Assembly: GCA_022601635.1 (NCBI GenBank)
Contig: JAJACG010000009.1
Location: 6,081-70,080 of the forward strand
Source: Chlamydiales bacterium
Lineage (GTDB): Bacteria > Chlamydiota > Chlamydiia > Chlamydiales > JAAKFR01
Length of the DNA: 64,000 bases
Direction: 5' to 3'
The stretch's first letter is position 1. Every line of letters starts with the position of its first letter. Shown piece after piece: positions 27,301 through 36,663 of this stretch. The notes under the pieces were generated by a model. That model saw only the letters and a list, made by a program, of their open reading frames with translations. It searched no databases and had not been told where the DNA came from. Made by a program: the position numbers and the translations under genes.

Positions 27301-29336
27301 TAGCTATACAACTCCTTATAACCACTTGGCTTCGTCATACTAATCAACTGACCAGCAGGATTATAGCTTTTATAGGTCACTAAATCTCCATCATGCACCT
27401 CAATCGGCCTATTCGCAGCATCATAAATTGTGATAATTTGCTGATTACCCAGCACCTTCTCAATTTGATTGCCTCGATCATCATAGCTGTAACGCGTCTC
27501 ATTACCCTCAGCATCAATAGTAAGAATCAGGTTTTCCTTCTCATCATACTCATTCGATATGGTGTAGCATAAAGAGCCATGGGCATCATAGTGCCGTTCA
27601 CTGGAAATTTTGCCGGCTGGTGTGTACAAGTAGACTCTTTTCTGGATCAGACTTTCCTCTTCATCAAACTCCTCAACAACCTCAGGTAAACCGTAATTTG
27701 GGAGTGTGCGCCGCGGCTGAATCTTTTTGATGCGTCTATGTTTCCCGTCAAAATGCTCCGTACGAATCAAACAAGCCGCATAATCATATCTGTTTTTGGT
27801 CCAACTCAACTCCTTTGCTCCATCAAACAGCGCCTCATAGGTAATGAGGTCACGGTTATCCTCATACTCATAGATAGTGCGCTTTGCTCCCTCACGCCTC
27901 TCAATGATGCGGTTGTTATCATCAAACTCGCGAAAAATCGTTGTCCCAGCAAAGCTCTCTTCAATACGGTTGTGATGCACATCATATTTATAGGTTGTCT
28001 TTGAAAGCTCACACCCACCTTTGTCACAAATACTCTTAGAAAGAAGATCTCCAAGCTCACTCCACTTACTCTTGTGAATGGCATCAGCTGTTTCGACCTC
28101 ATAGACGCGCTTGTTCTTGTCATAACGGTAGATCGTATGATTGCCAGCTCCATCTGTCACAACTGTATAGCCATGCCCATAAACATAGCTCGCTACAATC
28201 ATATCACCAGGACCATAGATTCTTTCAACACGACGCCCCGCTCCATATTCAATGCGAATAGGCATGCCATCTTCCGTCACAGAGCGCTCCAAAAGAGCAT
28301 ACTTCTTGTAATGAGCTAGCTTTTTCTGCGGCTTTAAGCCCTTTTTGTTCTTCCAGCCATATTGATAGCTCTGATCTGCACCATCTGGACGTTCAACAGA
28401 AGAGAGTAGAAGATCAAAGATATAGGGATGCTTTCTCTTGCTATTCTTCTCAATCACTGTGCGCAATTCCAGCTCATAGCTAGCTATTCTTCCATCGCTG
28501 CCAGAAATCACAACCTGCTTCGAAATGTGATTGTTCTTTGGTCCCATTCTTTTGGGATATTTGATGCTGATTTCACCAAGCTTAACTCGCATCGAACTAT
28601 CAACCGCTACAATGTGTGAAAGAACATAATAGGCTGGATCAGATGTATGGTTATGCGCATAGTCCAAGTATTGGTAGAAAAGGTAATTTCCATTAGGCAA
28701 TCTCTCCCTTTTTACCTTGGCCATAAATGGCGGCGGCAGTCTCGTCTGCATCGCACGTGCAATTGGATCCACTTCAATTGCAGGCCACGCTTTATACTCA
28801 CTCTCATAGCTAATTTTAGTGCCATCACCTCTTTTGATCTCGCCAGAAAAGATGAAATAGGGCTCTGGACTACTCCTGTCCCACTCCACAACAGTGTTGG
28901 CAGGATGCCTTCCCCCACTGATCTCTCTATGCACATAACTCTTTGCATCTAGGAGTTCTATCCGATCGTTTTTCTTCCAATGCTCGAAGCGGTAAAAGCC
29001 ACCATCAGCAGTTCCATGGCCTACGAAGGGTTCAATCTCTGAAGAACAGAGACTAAATAGTACAAGCGATTCAGGATTCACGCTCCAGTGGCCATTTGCT
29101 AAATCACCATCACAAAAATGGCCATAGAAGCGCCTATATGAAATTGGCTGTACACCCGAAACAACCAGGTCGGTCTGCACTTCGCAATACTCACCTGTAA
29201 TCGGATTCACATTGAAAGGAAGCGCTGTGCGAAAATCGGCATCCGTCCGCCTCATGTAAGTCTCATTGTTGGAATAGAGCGAAACATCATTTGCGGAGAA
29301 AAGCGGAAGAGAGAGTAGTAGGAAAAATATAAACAT
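24339..29336 (-). CDS. Rhs/YD-repeat polymorphic toxin with Sec-type signal peptide and alpha/beta-hydrolase-like C-terminal domain
   Basis: VNPITGEY (DUF6531-like), many YD repeats, Rhs core SDPETGLIYFGRRYYIPELGRWLTPDP...NRYGYVHGNP..IDLYGL; tip has PHSEGA, DPIP and DHS. Confidence 0.9.
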   Translation of the reverse strand: MFIFFLLLSLPLFSANDVSLYSNNETYMRRTDADFRTALPFNVNPITGEYCEVQTDLVVSGVQPISYRRFYGHFCDGDLANGHWSVNPESLVLFSLCSSEIEPFVGHGTADGGFYRFEHWKKNDRIELLDAKSYVHREISGGRHPANTVVEWDRSSPEPYFIFSGEIKRGDGTKISYESEYKAWPAIEVDPIARAMQTRLPPPFMAKVKRERLPNGNYLFYQYLDYAHNHTSDPAYYVLSHIVAVDSSMRVKLGEISIKYPKRMGPKNNHISKQVVISGSDGRIASYELELRTVIEKNSKRKHPYIFDLLLSSVERPDGADQSYQYGWKNKKGLKPQKKLAHYKKYALLERSVTEDGMPIRIEYGAGRRVERIYGPGDMIVASYVYGHGYTVVTDGAGNHTIYRYDKNKRVYEVETADAIHKSKWSELGDLLSKSICDKGGCELSKTTYKYDVHHNRIEESFAGTTIFREFDDNNRIIERREGAKRTIYEYEDNRDLITYEALFDGAKELSWTKNRYDYAACLIRTEHFDGKHRRIKKIQPRRTLPNYGLPEVVEEFDEEESLIQKRVYLYTPAGKISSERHYDAHGSLCYTISNEYDEKENLILTIDAEGNETRYSYDDRGNQIEKVLGNQQIITIYDAANRPIEVHDGDLVTYKSYNPAGQLISMTKPSGYKELYSYDASGRLFRTDYADGTFESLEYDPLGNVVKRRDRNGFVTSTEYNERSLPVEVKHPDGGCESFVYDEYGRLISSTDRHGMETTYSYNICDQLISKSQGDRRYHAVYEGPLLIEEEEFSGIKSSYVYNILGQKVEETKGGRRAFFYYDARGRLSHRVAGDSVYVFEYDNLDRVVRKKRVAHDRAWNEVSYRFDECGRLIWEESSRGIFERFYNGQGQLIMEVDQLGQCTESSYRNGLLVAKRLPSGVTTHMEYDSCDRVSLIYKTDPSGRKCSMTKKAYDGRGNCVRREDSIYVNGRSRGAVCHEYGYGPGDRVEWLLEAGRRRTSRSYDKMGRLQRVELPSGDLHHYEYDEFGRVSRYRGADFDYNYSYDAADNMTLVEDRCLGMKTKRSFNVHGEMVEECLGNGACFRSSYNSDGQRTKLILPDKSEVTYTYMGAYLKSVTRNGQKHIYERAEDGLITGCHLMHGFGRLEIERDALGRPLHISAPSLDLRYSYDASGNVLSENSRRYRYDSLDQLIEEDKKHYCHDSLSNRLSADYEVDELGQLSSYEYDANGNMLLHGFVYDSQNRLVGVPSAQYGYDNFHRRLWKNVKGAKSYFLWDGQNEIGRFTPKKHDYCIHNELVINELRILGEGLGAEIGAAVLIERGDKVFVPLHDHRGSVRTLLNSKKRQSFDYDAFGVGDTDGSWRFCSKRSDPETGLIYFGRRYYIPELGRWLTPDPEGYHDGPNRYGYVHGNPHHIDLYGLADQSLLSRMWGYTPAGYMTKQLMSRVPESWVNPQVGGVTDLRSMGYPVKEMPPGRSFLYHNGMRNSDAVRTQNALHLSRLSGGYNVHMIENKSSGLRDFARVVLERVGGREFSQVGVAKGAMEGLLSSAGSTLMYIPHSEGAMQGKAALQRLPDDLRNRITTAAFAPATPITRNLCHSATNYVAKPHRDPIPWIGGAGLWENRGSVTVLDSHPSVRGFDHSITSPTFEKRLEDDMFDYLSRGIK

Positions 29337-29391
29337 GTACCACTTATAAATTTGATATGAACTTTTTGTGAAGATAAAAGTGCGCTTTGTG

Positions 29392-29397
29392 TATACT
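29392..29397 (+). promoter_or_regulatory. Possible sigma70-type -10 element upstream of the hairpin array
   Basis: TATACT about 10 nt before the first CTTAGGAGA; no convincing -35 at 17 bp. Confidence 0.3.
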
Positions 29398-29407
29398 TTC
29401 TGCCAAA

Positions 29408-29839
29408 CTTAGGAGATACTGAACATCTACCGTTTGGCAGATTTTGCCAGAATTTTCGATTCGGCAAAAGATGCCGGACGGGAGTTAATCAGTGGCTTCC
29501 TTAGGAGACATTGAATAAGTACCTTGCCAGAGATTTTGGCAAGATTTCTATCGAGGGGAGGTTCGGAGCCGAACGTCTAACCCCTTGCGGGTTAGTCAAG
29601 GCGAGAACGATGCCTCGATAGAAAGATTGACGGAAGATCTGGGAAGGGAGTTGTTTAGTGGCTCCCTTAGGAGACACTGATTAACTCGGTTATTGGAGAT
29701 TCTGCCAAGATTTGAGACGCTGGGAAATTCGGAGCCTGAAGCTAACCCCTTGAGGGTTAGTGAAGGCGAGAATGATGCAGCGGCGCGAAGATTAGCGGAA
29801 GATTCAATGAGCGAGTTATTCAGTGTCTCCCTTAGGAGA
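29408..29839 (+). repeat. Tandem array of three rod-like hairpin units (88, 162 and 161 nt) separated by CTTA; candidate structured RNA
   Basis: CTTAGGAGA at 29408, 29500, 29666 and 29831. Units 29412-29499, 29504-29665 and 29670-29830 have 18-nt imperfect terminal inverted repeats and covarying internal stems. Confidence 0.85.
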
Positions 29840-29843
29840 TAAA

Positions 29844-30881
29844 ATGGCAGCAGCACAACCAAGCCCCTACTACCACGCAATTTTGTGGACGGGCGAACAT
29901 GTAACCGTCTACACCCCAGAAAAACCAAGAACAGTTGGCCATCTTGTCCTCAGAACAGGTGTGAAAACTTTTGCTGACCTTTCTAAAGAGGCTCATCTGG
30001 AAATTATGACCCTGGCTCAGAAGGTGAAATCGATAAAACCTCAGCTTGATTTTGTTATCTATTGGACAAAAAGAGATGGTGAGCTGCTTACCGAAATCTT
30101 GCCGCAAAGATCTGCTGGAAAAGCTCTCAACGCCATGGACAAGCTGAGCGTCAACAAGCATATCTTCTGCCCTGAGGGGATCACAGATGATATCAAGCCC
30201 TCTGTTAGATCCACCCAAGTTGCAAGAGATCGCCAATCTTGGCAAGGCGCACTCACCCTTGCTCCCAATCTACCCCAGATGGAAGATACCAAAGGTTCCT
30301 GGAAACTAGAGATCTCCCACCTCGATGATGCAGTGACAATGGCAAGATGGGGACTACGACAGATATTAGGAAGTGAGGAACCTGGTGTAAAGCCAACCCT
30401 TACAGCGGTTGATCAGCCATCTGATATCGTAGAAAAAGAGATGGGCCCTTGCCCCTTCTGCAAGCCTGAAGTTTTGGCAAAGCAAACCATTGTTTCTAGT
30501 GAAGGGGTTCGGCTTCTCTATAATATTCAGGGCAACGATCGCTTTTTACTGATTCCTGAGCGCCACTGCCCCAATATCTGCTATCTAAATCCGGGGGAGG
30601 TCACCGCAATGTACAATATTGAACAGAGACTGCGTCAGATCTTAGGAGAAGAGAATAGCTCTTGGCAAATCGTCACTCTTGAACAGGGGGGGCCCGCTGT
30701 CGGCCAATCTGTTCGACACGCACACCTTCAAATCGTCCCCTTTGATCCGGAGATGATCGAAATGCAGGGATTGACAGCTGCTGTCAATAATATGTCAAAG
30801 GCACCTAAAATTATTTCTGATCAGGAGATGGCTCAGACAACGCAATACTATCGCGAAAAGATGATGCCAGCTTCAAGTTAG
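29844..30881 (+). CDS. HIT-superfamily nucleotide hydrolase/transferase with degenerate N-terminal HIT-like domain
   Basis: CPFC, FLLIPERH, GPAVGQSVRHAHLQIVP (HxHxQ); N-terminal KPRTVGHLVL. AGGAGA RBS precedes ATG 29844. Confidence 0.65.
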   Translation: MAAAQPSPYYHAILWTGEHVTVYTPEKPRTVGHLVLRTGVKTFADLSKEAHLEIMTLAQKVKSIKPQLDFVIYWTKRDGELLTEILPQRSAGKALNAMDKLSVNKHIFCPEGITDDIKPSVRSTQVARDRQSWQGALTLAPNLPQMEDTKGSWKLEISHLDDAVTMARWGLRQILGSEEPGVKPTLTAVDQPSDIVEKEMGPCPFCKPEVLAKQTIVSSEGVRLLYNIQGNDRFLLIPERHCPNICYLNPGEVTAMYNIEQRLRQILGEENSSWQIVTLEQGGPAVGQSVRHAHLQIVPFDPEMIEMQGLTAAVNNMSKAPKIISDQEMAQTTQYYREKMMPASS

Positions 30882-31275
30882 CAAGAAGCCCTTCATGTTC
30901 TTCTAGCCCATGCTTTTGCAATGCCTCTATTCCCGCCCCTTTTGCAATATCGCGCGTGATGCGCATCCATAGAGGTGGAAAAATCAGCGGCTTTAGGGGC
31001 GAGATCATACAGAGAGATGTAAAACGGCAGCCCAAAAAGAATAGATTGATGATCAATAGTGTCATCAAAAGTGGATTTGTAATACGTAGGACTTGAATAG
31101 GACAAAATAGAGCAGTAATCAGTATCGCTAAAGCCCAGATCGTGATGTAAATGAGGTGGCTAAGCACCCTGTCAAGAAGTGGGAGCCCCTTTGGGTAAAG
31201 TGGCTCCCCTTTTTTATCGAGCAGCGTAAACATACCAGCATCCGTAAAGCCGTATGTATACTTACCATCATTCAT
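30811..31275 (-). CDS. Hypothetical membrane protein
   Basis: Two TM segments; start MNDGK overlaps the grgA stop. Confidence 0.5.
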   Translation of the reverse strand: MNDGKYTYGFTDAGMFTLLDKKGEPLYPKGLPLLDRVLSHLIYITIWALAILITALFCPIQVLRITNPLLMTLLIINLFFLGCRFTSLCMISPLKPLIFPPLWMRITRDIAKGAGIEALQKHGLEEHEGLLANLKLASSFRDSIALSEPSPDQK

Positions 31276-31798
31276 CAGCTGGTTTTTCTGGCTCATCTGC
31301 TTTTGCTGGCTTCGCCATAGTCTCAGAAATTAGAGTTGGAGGAGGTGGAATCAAGCTGCGCTTCACAGGCTCTTTTTCCTCTTTTTTAGCTTCCTCTTTC
31401 GTACCCTCTTTTTTTCTGGTCTCTTTTTTAGGAGTCTCTTTCTTAGGCTTCTCCTCTTTCGACTCTTCCTTCTTCTTGCGTGTGCGCTTGCGAGACTTCT
31501 TCTCAGAAGGCTCATCATCATCCTTCTTACCGCCCGCAATCTTCACCTTCTCAACAGAAGCGCTCTTAATCGCCATGCGCGCCTCTCTAACCTCAACAAC
31601 ATCATATTGCGAAGTAGGCACAACAAAACTCTTCGGCTTGTCTAGTGAACGATAAAAACTCAACGCATTAAAAGAAATCACCTCTACCATGTCGACAAAA
31701 AACTCTTCACCACTTCCATGCGATGGCCTCACTACTAGTCGATAGCCATCCTTTGGCGTAATGATTGTCTCAATAATTGGTTCACGTGTGAACTGCAC
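31268..31798 (-). CDS. grgA: Chlamydia-specific transcription factor GrgA homolog
   Basis: [27 protein letters not shown], basic middle region and C-terminal [11 protein letters not shown]; lies next to gapA as recalled for Chlamydia. GTG start inferred. Confidence 0.75.
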   Translation of the reverse strand: MQFTREPIIETIITPKDGYRLVVRPSHGSGEEFFVDMVEVISFNALSFYRSLDKPKSFVVPTSQYDVVEVREARMAIKSASVEKVKIAGGKKDDDEPSEKKSRKRTRKKKEESKEEKPKKETPKKETRKKEGTKEEAKKEEKEPVKRSLIPPPPTLISETMAKPAKADEPEKPADE

Positions 31799-32819
31799 TA
31801 TTATTCTCCCGCTTTTCCCGGCTCGCCATGAACTCAATTAAATCAGCTATCCTTGTTGAATAGCCCATCTCATTATCATACCAAGCCACTAATTTGTAAA
31901 ACTGCTCATTTAGAGCAATACCCGCCCCTGCATCAAAAATCGAAGAGTAGGGCGAGCTAATGAAATCTGAGGAGACTACCGGCTCGTCGCAATAATGCAA
32001 GATTCCCTTCATTGCCCCCAAAGATGCCTCCTGCATCTTAGCACAAATCTCCTCATAACTTGTCTTCCTAGAAAGACGCACTGTCAAATCTACAACAGAT
32101 ACATCCGCAACAGGAATGCGAAAGGCCATGCCAGTCAATTTCCCCTGAACTTCAGGCAAGCAGAGAGCTACTGCCTTCGCCGCTCCCGTCGAGGCCGGAA
32201 TAATATTTTGCGAAGAGGCGCGGCCTCCACGTAAATCCTTCTTCGAAGGGCCATCCACAGAGGGCTGAGCCGCCGTCAATGCATGAACCGTTGTCATTAA
32301 CCCCTCATCAATCCCAAAGCTGTCCAAAAGTACCTTCGTGATCGGCGCTAAACAGTTGGTCGTACAAGATGCATTTGAAATCACCTGATGCTTCAGTGGG
32401 TCATACTGATCATGATTAACCCCCATCACAAATGTCGGCACATCACCCTTCGCTGGAGCAGAAATAATCACTCTCTTAGCACCAGCCACTAAATGCAAAG
32501 AAGCATCCTCTATCTTTGTAAAAAGCCCCGTAGCCTCTACAACATAATCAACAGCTAAACTCTTCCACGGTAACTTAGATGGATCACGCTCAGATAAGAC
32601 AGCAATCTCCTGACCTTCTATGCTCAAAGCACTCTTATTATGATCAACAGCACCATCAAAACGGCCATGTGTTGAATCATACTTGAAAAGATATGCTAGA
32701 TTTTCTGGAGGTACGACATCATTGACTGCAACGACCTCAATGTTTTTGTTTTTGATTGCCTTTCTAAGAAAAAGCCTGCCTATACGGCCAAAGCCATTGA
32801 TCGCCACCTTCACTGTCAT
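31782..32819 (-). CDS. gapA: Glyceraldehyde-3-phosphate dehydrogenase
   Basis: [22 protein letters not shown]. Confidence 0.97.
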   Translation of the reverse strand: MTVKVAINGFGRIGRLFLRKAIKNKNIEVVAVNDVVPPENLAYLFKYDSTHGRFDGAVDHNKSALSIEGQEIAVLSERDPSKLPWKSLAVDYVVEATGLFTKIEDASLHLVAGAKRVIISAPAKGDVPTFVMGVNHDQYDPLKHQVISNASCTTNCLAPITKVLLDSFGIDEGLMTTVHALTAAQPSVDGPSKKDLRGGRASSQNIIPASTGAAKAVALCLPEVQGKLTGMAFRIPVADVSVVDLTVRLSRKTSYEEICAKMQEASLGAMKGILHYCDEPVVSSDFISSPYSSIFDAGAGIALNEQFYKLVAWYDNEMGYSTRIADLIEFMASREKRENNSAVHT

Positions 32820-32847
32820 GTCTCGCTCCTGTCATAGTCGGTATCGT

Positions 32848-32871
32848 AAAAAAGCCGGCCTAAGGCCGACT
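32848..32871 (-). terminator. Intrinsic terminator after rplQ
   Basis: Minus strand AGTCGGCC-TTA-GGCCGGCT followed by a T run. Confidence 0.65.
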
Positions 32872-32880
32872 CTCTATATA

Positions 32881-33306
32881 TCACTCAGATAGATATTCGA
32901 TGACGCAAAGATCTGCGTTGTCGCCAACACGCTTGCCCTTATGGATAATACGTGTGTAGCCACCAGGTCTGCTCGCAAAACGATCAGCAAGCTCATCTAA
33001 CTTACCCATGACCTTTCGATCAGTGTTGTAACTAGAAGTATCACCCTCTTTTGCAGCACGCTGCTCTTTGCTGTTCAACTTGTTGAAACGTACCATCAAA
33101 CGACCCATTGCCTCACGCTTGCTAGCCAATGTCTTCTTCTTAGCTAGTGTGATCATACGGTCCGCATGACGACGTAACTCCTTAGCCTTAGGCACAGATG
33201 TTACAATACGCTCACGGTAGATGAGATCTTTTAACATATTAGCAACCATGCAACGTCTATGTGAGCTGGTGCGTCCTAACTTAAATGTGTGCTTGCGATG
33301 TCTCAT
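32881..33306 (-). CDS. rplQ: 50S ribosomal protein L17
   Basis: MRHRK...[16 protein letters not shown]. Confidence 0.97.
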   Translation of the reverse strand: MRHRKHTFKLGRTSSHRRCMVANMLKDLIYRERIVTSVPKAKELRRHADRMITLAKKKTLASKREAMGRLMVRFNKLNSKEQRAAKEGDTSSYNTDRKVMGKLDELADRFASRPGGYTRIIHKGKRVGDNADLCVIEYLSE

Positions 33307-34409
33307 ACTGCCGGATTTCCTCCCTTAGGATGCTCTTCCAAATAGTCCTGGATCTTCTCCTTGACATTGTCCTGTGTTATGCCAAAGCGAGTAAGATCCA
33401 TTCCGAGGTTAAGCCCCATCTCTGTCAACTTATTCTTGATTTCAGTGAGCGACTTCTTACCAAAGTTTCTAAACTGTAGCAATTTCGGCTCTGGCATTAC
33501 AACCAACTCACCGATTGTCTCAATGCTTGCTCCATTTAGGCAGTTTGTGCTTCTAACTGATAGCTCAATCTCATTGATGCCAAGTACTAACTTTTGCATC
33601 AAATCATCAAGATCTGAGTCAGAGCTCTTCTCTACCTCTTCAAAGCGGATATCATGCTCTTCAATATTCTCAAATACGCCCAAATGCTTCACCAAAATCT
33701 TAGAAGCAAATGAGAGCGCCTCTTCAGGCTTGACTCTACCATCTGTAGTAACTTCCAAGATCAAACGATCAAAGTCAGTATCTTGACCTACACGTGTTGC
33801 CTCTACAAAGTAGTTGACTAGACGTACAGGAGAGAATGCTGAATCCAGTACAATCTCATCAACAATCTTGCTGTTGATTGAATGGCGCTCAGAAGGCACA
33901 TAGCCTCTTCCAACTGCAACCTTTAGCTCAACTCGACGAGTCATCGGCTTAGTTACAGTAAAGATCTCAAGCTCAGGATTAACAATCTCGTATTCAGAGC
34001 TCTCAATAAGATCTCCAAGAGTGATAACTTTGTATCCCTCTTTTCCAAGATCTGCCTCTGATACCTCAAGCATCTTAGTAAGTACACGCTGATCACGTAC
34101 ATTTGGTGTATCTTCGAAAGATAGGCGTCTAAGTAGAGCGCCCTTAAGGTTTAGAATGATGTTTGTAACATCTTCCTTAATTCCCTCAACAGCCATGTAT
34201 TCATGCTGTACCCCTTCCATAAAGAAGGAAATAACAGCTGGAGCTTCAATCGCGGTTAGCATCAATCTGCGTAGTGCATTTCCAACTGTGTGGCCAAAGC
34301 CGCGCTCAAAAGGTTCAGCTACAAAACGGGCATAAGTGTCGCTAGACTCTTCACCTTCGTTTTTGATCGCCTCAGGCATCTCAAATTTATCATATAGTAG
34401 TGCTGGCAT
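33303..34409 (-). CDS. rpoA: RNA polymerase alpha subunit
   Basis: [33 protein letters not shown]; start MPALL follows AGGAGG. Confidence 0.97.
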   Translation of the reverse strand: MPALLYDKFEMPEAIKNEGEESSDTYARFVAEPFERGFGHTVGNALRRLMLTAIEAPAVISFFMEGVQHEYMAVEGIKEDVTNIILNLKGALLRRLSFEDTPNVRDQRVLTKMLEVSEADLGKEGYKVITLGDLIESSEYEIVNPELEIFTVTKPMTRRVELKVAVGRGYVPSERHSINSKIVDEIVLDSAFSPVRLVNYFVEATRVGQDTDFDRLILEVTTDGRVKPEEALSFASKILVKHLGVFENIEEHDIRFEEVEKSSDSDLDDLMQKLVLGINEIELSVRSTNCLNGASIETIGELVVMPEPKLLQFRNFGKKSLTEIKNKLTEMGLNLGMDLTRFGITQDNVKEKIQDYLEEHPKGGNPAV

Positions 34410-34422
34410 CTGCTGATCCTCC

Positions 34423-34836
34423 TTAAACTCTTCGGCGCTTTCTTGGTCGGCAACCATTGTGCGGAACCGGTGTCTTGTCTCGAATAACTGTTACTGAAAG
34501 CCCTGTGCTGATCACTCCGCGCACAGCTGACTCTCTTCCTGCTCCTGGTCCCTTTAGGTTAACTTCGACCTCTTTCATGCCCATTGCTTGCGCCTGCTTA
34601 GCAGCATCTTGAGCTGCCATTGTTGCAGCAAATGCTGATGACTTTCTAGATCCAGTCTGTCCAACCTTACCAGCCGTGGCCCATGAAATCACGTTGCCAA
34701 CTGGGTCTGTGATTGTCACATTTGTGTTATTGAATGTGGCATTCACATGGACGATGCCAATCGGTACATTGCGCTGCTGACGCTTTTTGGTCTTTGTCTT
34801 AGTACCCTTCTTTACTTGTGCTTGCTGCTTTGCCAA
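34423..34836 (-). CDS. rpsK: 30S ribosomal protein S11
   Basis: [19 protein letters not shown]. Confidence 0.97.
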   Translation of the reverse strand: MAKQQAQVKKGTKTKTKKRQQRNVPIGIVHVNATFNNTNVTITDPVGNVISWATAGKVGQTGSRKSSAFAATMAAQDAAKQAQAMGMKEVEVNLKGPGAGRESAVRGVISTGLSVTVIRDKTPVPHNGCRPRKRRRV

Positions 34837-34856
34837 GAAAGTGTCTCCCTTTCAAA

Positions 34857-35225
34857 TTATTTCTTCTTACCCGCTACGGTCTTCTTTTTACCCTTACGCG
34901 TACGGGCATTCGTACCAGTACGCTGTCCACGCACAGGTAGGCCTTGACGATGTCTCATCCCTCTGTATGTGTGCACACTGATCAGGCGCTTGATATTGCC
35001 CTGTACTTCTCGTCTAAGATCACCCTCTACAGTGTAGTTAGATTGTAGAAGTGAGTTGATGCGGCTGATATCCTCTTCTTTAAGCGCGTGCGCTCTCATA
35101 TCTGGATCTAAGCTTAGCTTCTCAACAATTTCCTTTGCGACACTTGGTCCTACACCGAATATGTAGGTTAGACTGATAATCAATCTTTTTTTTCCTGGAA
35201 TGTCGACTCCAATAACTCTGGGCAT
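34857..35225 (-). CDS. rpsM: 30S ribosomal protein S13
   Basis: [26 protein letters not shown]. Confidence 0.97.
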   Translation of the reverse strand: MPRVIGVDIPGKKRLIISLTYIFGVGPSVAKEIVEKLSLDPDMRAHALKEEDISRINSLLQSNYTVEGDLRREVQGNIKRLISVHTYRGMRHRQGLPVRGQRTGTNARTRKGKKKTVAGKKK

Positions 35226-35286
35226 ATCTATTTCTTCTCTCGTTAAATATAATGATGGAAGATGATAACAGCTCTTGGCTATATGA

Positions 35287-36660
35287 TCAAGCTCTGCCTT
35301 TCACTTTTCCACGCTTCATGAAGCCTTCGTAGCGCTTCATCATCAAATGTGAGTCAATCTGCTTCATTGTATCAAGCACAACACCCACTAAAATTAAAAG
35401 TGCAGTTCCTCCAAAAAAGTAACTAATGGCAGGATCCACATGTAAAAACTTACCTATCATGTTTGGTAAAATCGCAATGATTGCCAAAAAGATAGCACCA
35501 ATTAAGGTGATACGATTCATGGTTTTCTCAAGATAATCTTGAGTCGGTTTTCCTTGGCGGATACCGGGAATAAAGGCGCCATTCTTCTTCATATCAGATG
35601 CTATCTGCTCAGGGTGAAACTGAGTTGCAGTCCAAAAGTAGGTGAAAAAGAGGATAAGCGTCACATAGATGGTTAAATGTACCCAGCTCCCTGGTGATAG
35701 CGCTGCAGCAAAGGAACCCAAGAAGGAGTTTTGCCCAATAAACTGAGCAATTGTTGCTGGAAACATCAAGAGCGAGCTAGCAAAAATGACTGGTATTACT
35801 CCAGCGTAGTTGATCTTTAGTGGAACAAACGAGTTACCACCTTGCGCCTCTCTTCTTCCAACCATGCGCCTTGCATATTGAACAGGGATCTTACGCACTC
35901 CTTGTAGGATCATAATCGTTGCAATAATCACCAGCACAAAGACAGTGAATAGAACTAACAATGATGAAAAAGTAAGCTGTCCGGGCTCCTGAGAACTCAA
36001 ATTAAGCTGTTTAATCACTGCACCAATCGTACTTGGTAAGGTCGAAATAATACCGATTGTAATAATCAAGCTAACGCCGTTGCCAATACCCCGTTCTGTA
36101 ATCTGCTCTCCAATCCACATTAAGAAGATAGTGCCTGTTGTCATCGTTACAACTGTCATCATAAAGAATAGAATCGGCATTCCAAATAGATTGAATTTCA
36201 ACATCTCAGGGAGAATGATCCCTGGATTTTGTAGATTCATTCCAAGAGCAAATCTTGCAAAGAAAGTTGATTGAATAAAGGCAAGCAGCACTGTCAATAG
36301 GCGAGTATTCTTATTGATTTTACGCCTTCCAACAGCTGGGTTCTCACGAACCTCTCTCTGTAAGCCTGGAAGAATTGCCATCAAGAGCTGCATAATAATC
36401 GAAGCAGAGATGTAGGGGACAACTCCAAGCGCAATGACTGTCATTTGCGCAAAAGCTCCACCTGAGAATATGTCTACTAGCTGAAAGAGGTTTTGTCCTC
36501 CACCGGTGGCTTGCTGAAAGTAAGCTAAAGCTTGATCACCATTAATACCAGGTACTGGGATGAAAACACCAATTCTACATACGATCAGCATCAAAATCGT
36601 AAATAAGATTTTACCTCTCAGTTCAGGGATGCTGCCTATTCGCTTGGCTGTCTCAAACAT
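35287..36660 (-). CDS. secY: Preprotein translocase subunit SecY
   Basis: [34 protein letters not shown]. Confidence 0.97.
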   Translation of the reverse strand: MFETAKRIGSIPELRGKILFTILMLIVCRIGVFIPVPGINGDQALAYFQQATGGGQNLFQLVDIFSGGAFAQMTVIALGVVPYISASIIMQLLMAILPGLQREVRENPAVGRRKINKNTRLLTVLLAFIQSTFFARFALGMNLQNPGIILPEMLKFNLFGMPILFFMMTVVTMTTGTIFLMWIGEQITERGIGNGVSLIITIGIISTLPSTIGAVIKQLNLSSQEPGQLTFSSLLVLFTVFVLVIIATIMILQGVRKIPVQYARRMVGRREAQGGNSFVPLKINYAGVIPVIFASSLLMFPATIAQFIGQNSFLGSFAAALSPGSWVHLTIYVTLILFFTYFWTATQFHPEQIASDMKKNGAFIPGIRQGKPTQDYLEKTMNRITLIGAIFLAIIAILPNMIGKFLHVDPAISYFFGGTALLILVGVVLDTMKQIDSHLMMKRYEGFMKRGKVKGRA

Positions 36661-36663
36661 CGG

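Noticed and set aside
29575-29597. Integron attC site suggested by GTCTAAC...GTTAGTC
   Set aside because: Only 9 nt separate the boxes, far shorter than an attC; there is no integrase or cassette ORF pattern.
29408-29839. CRISPR array with palindromic junction repeats
   Set aside because: The would-be spacers are long, unequal and homologous to each other, the repeats are degenerate, and no cas genes are in the window.
29596-29928. 110-aa minus-strand ORF with an internal repeat
   Set aside because: The repeat is a by-product of the hairpin array and the ORF overlaps the HIT gene start in antisense.
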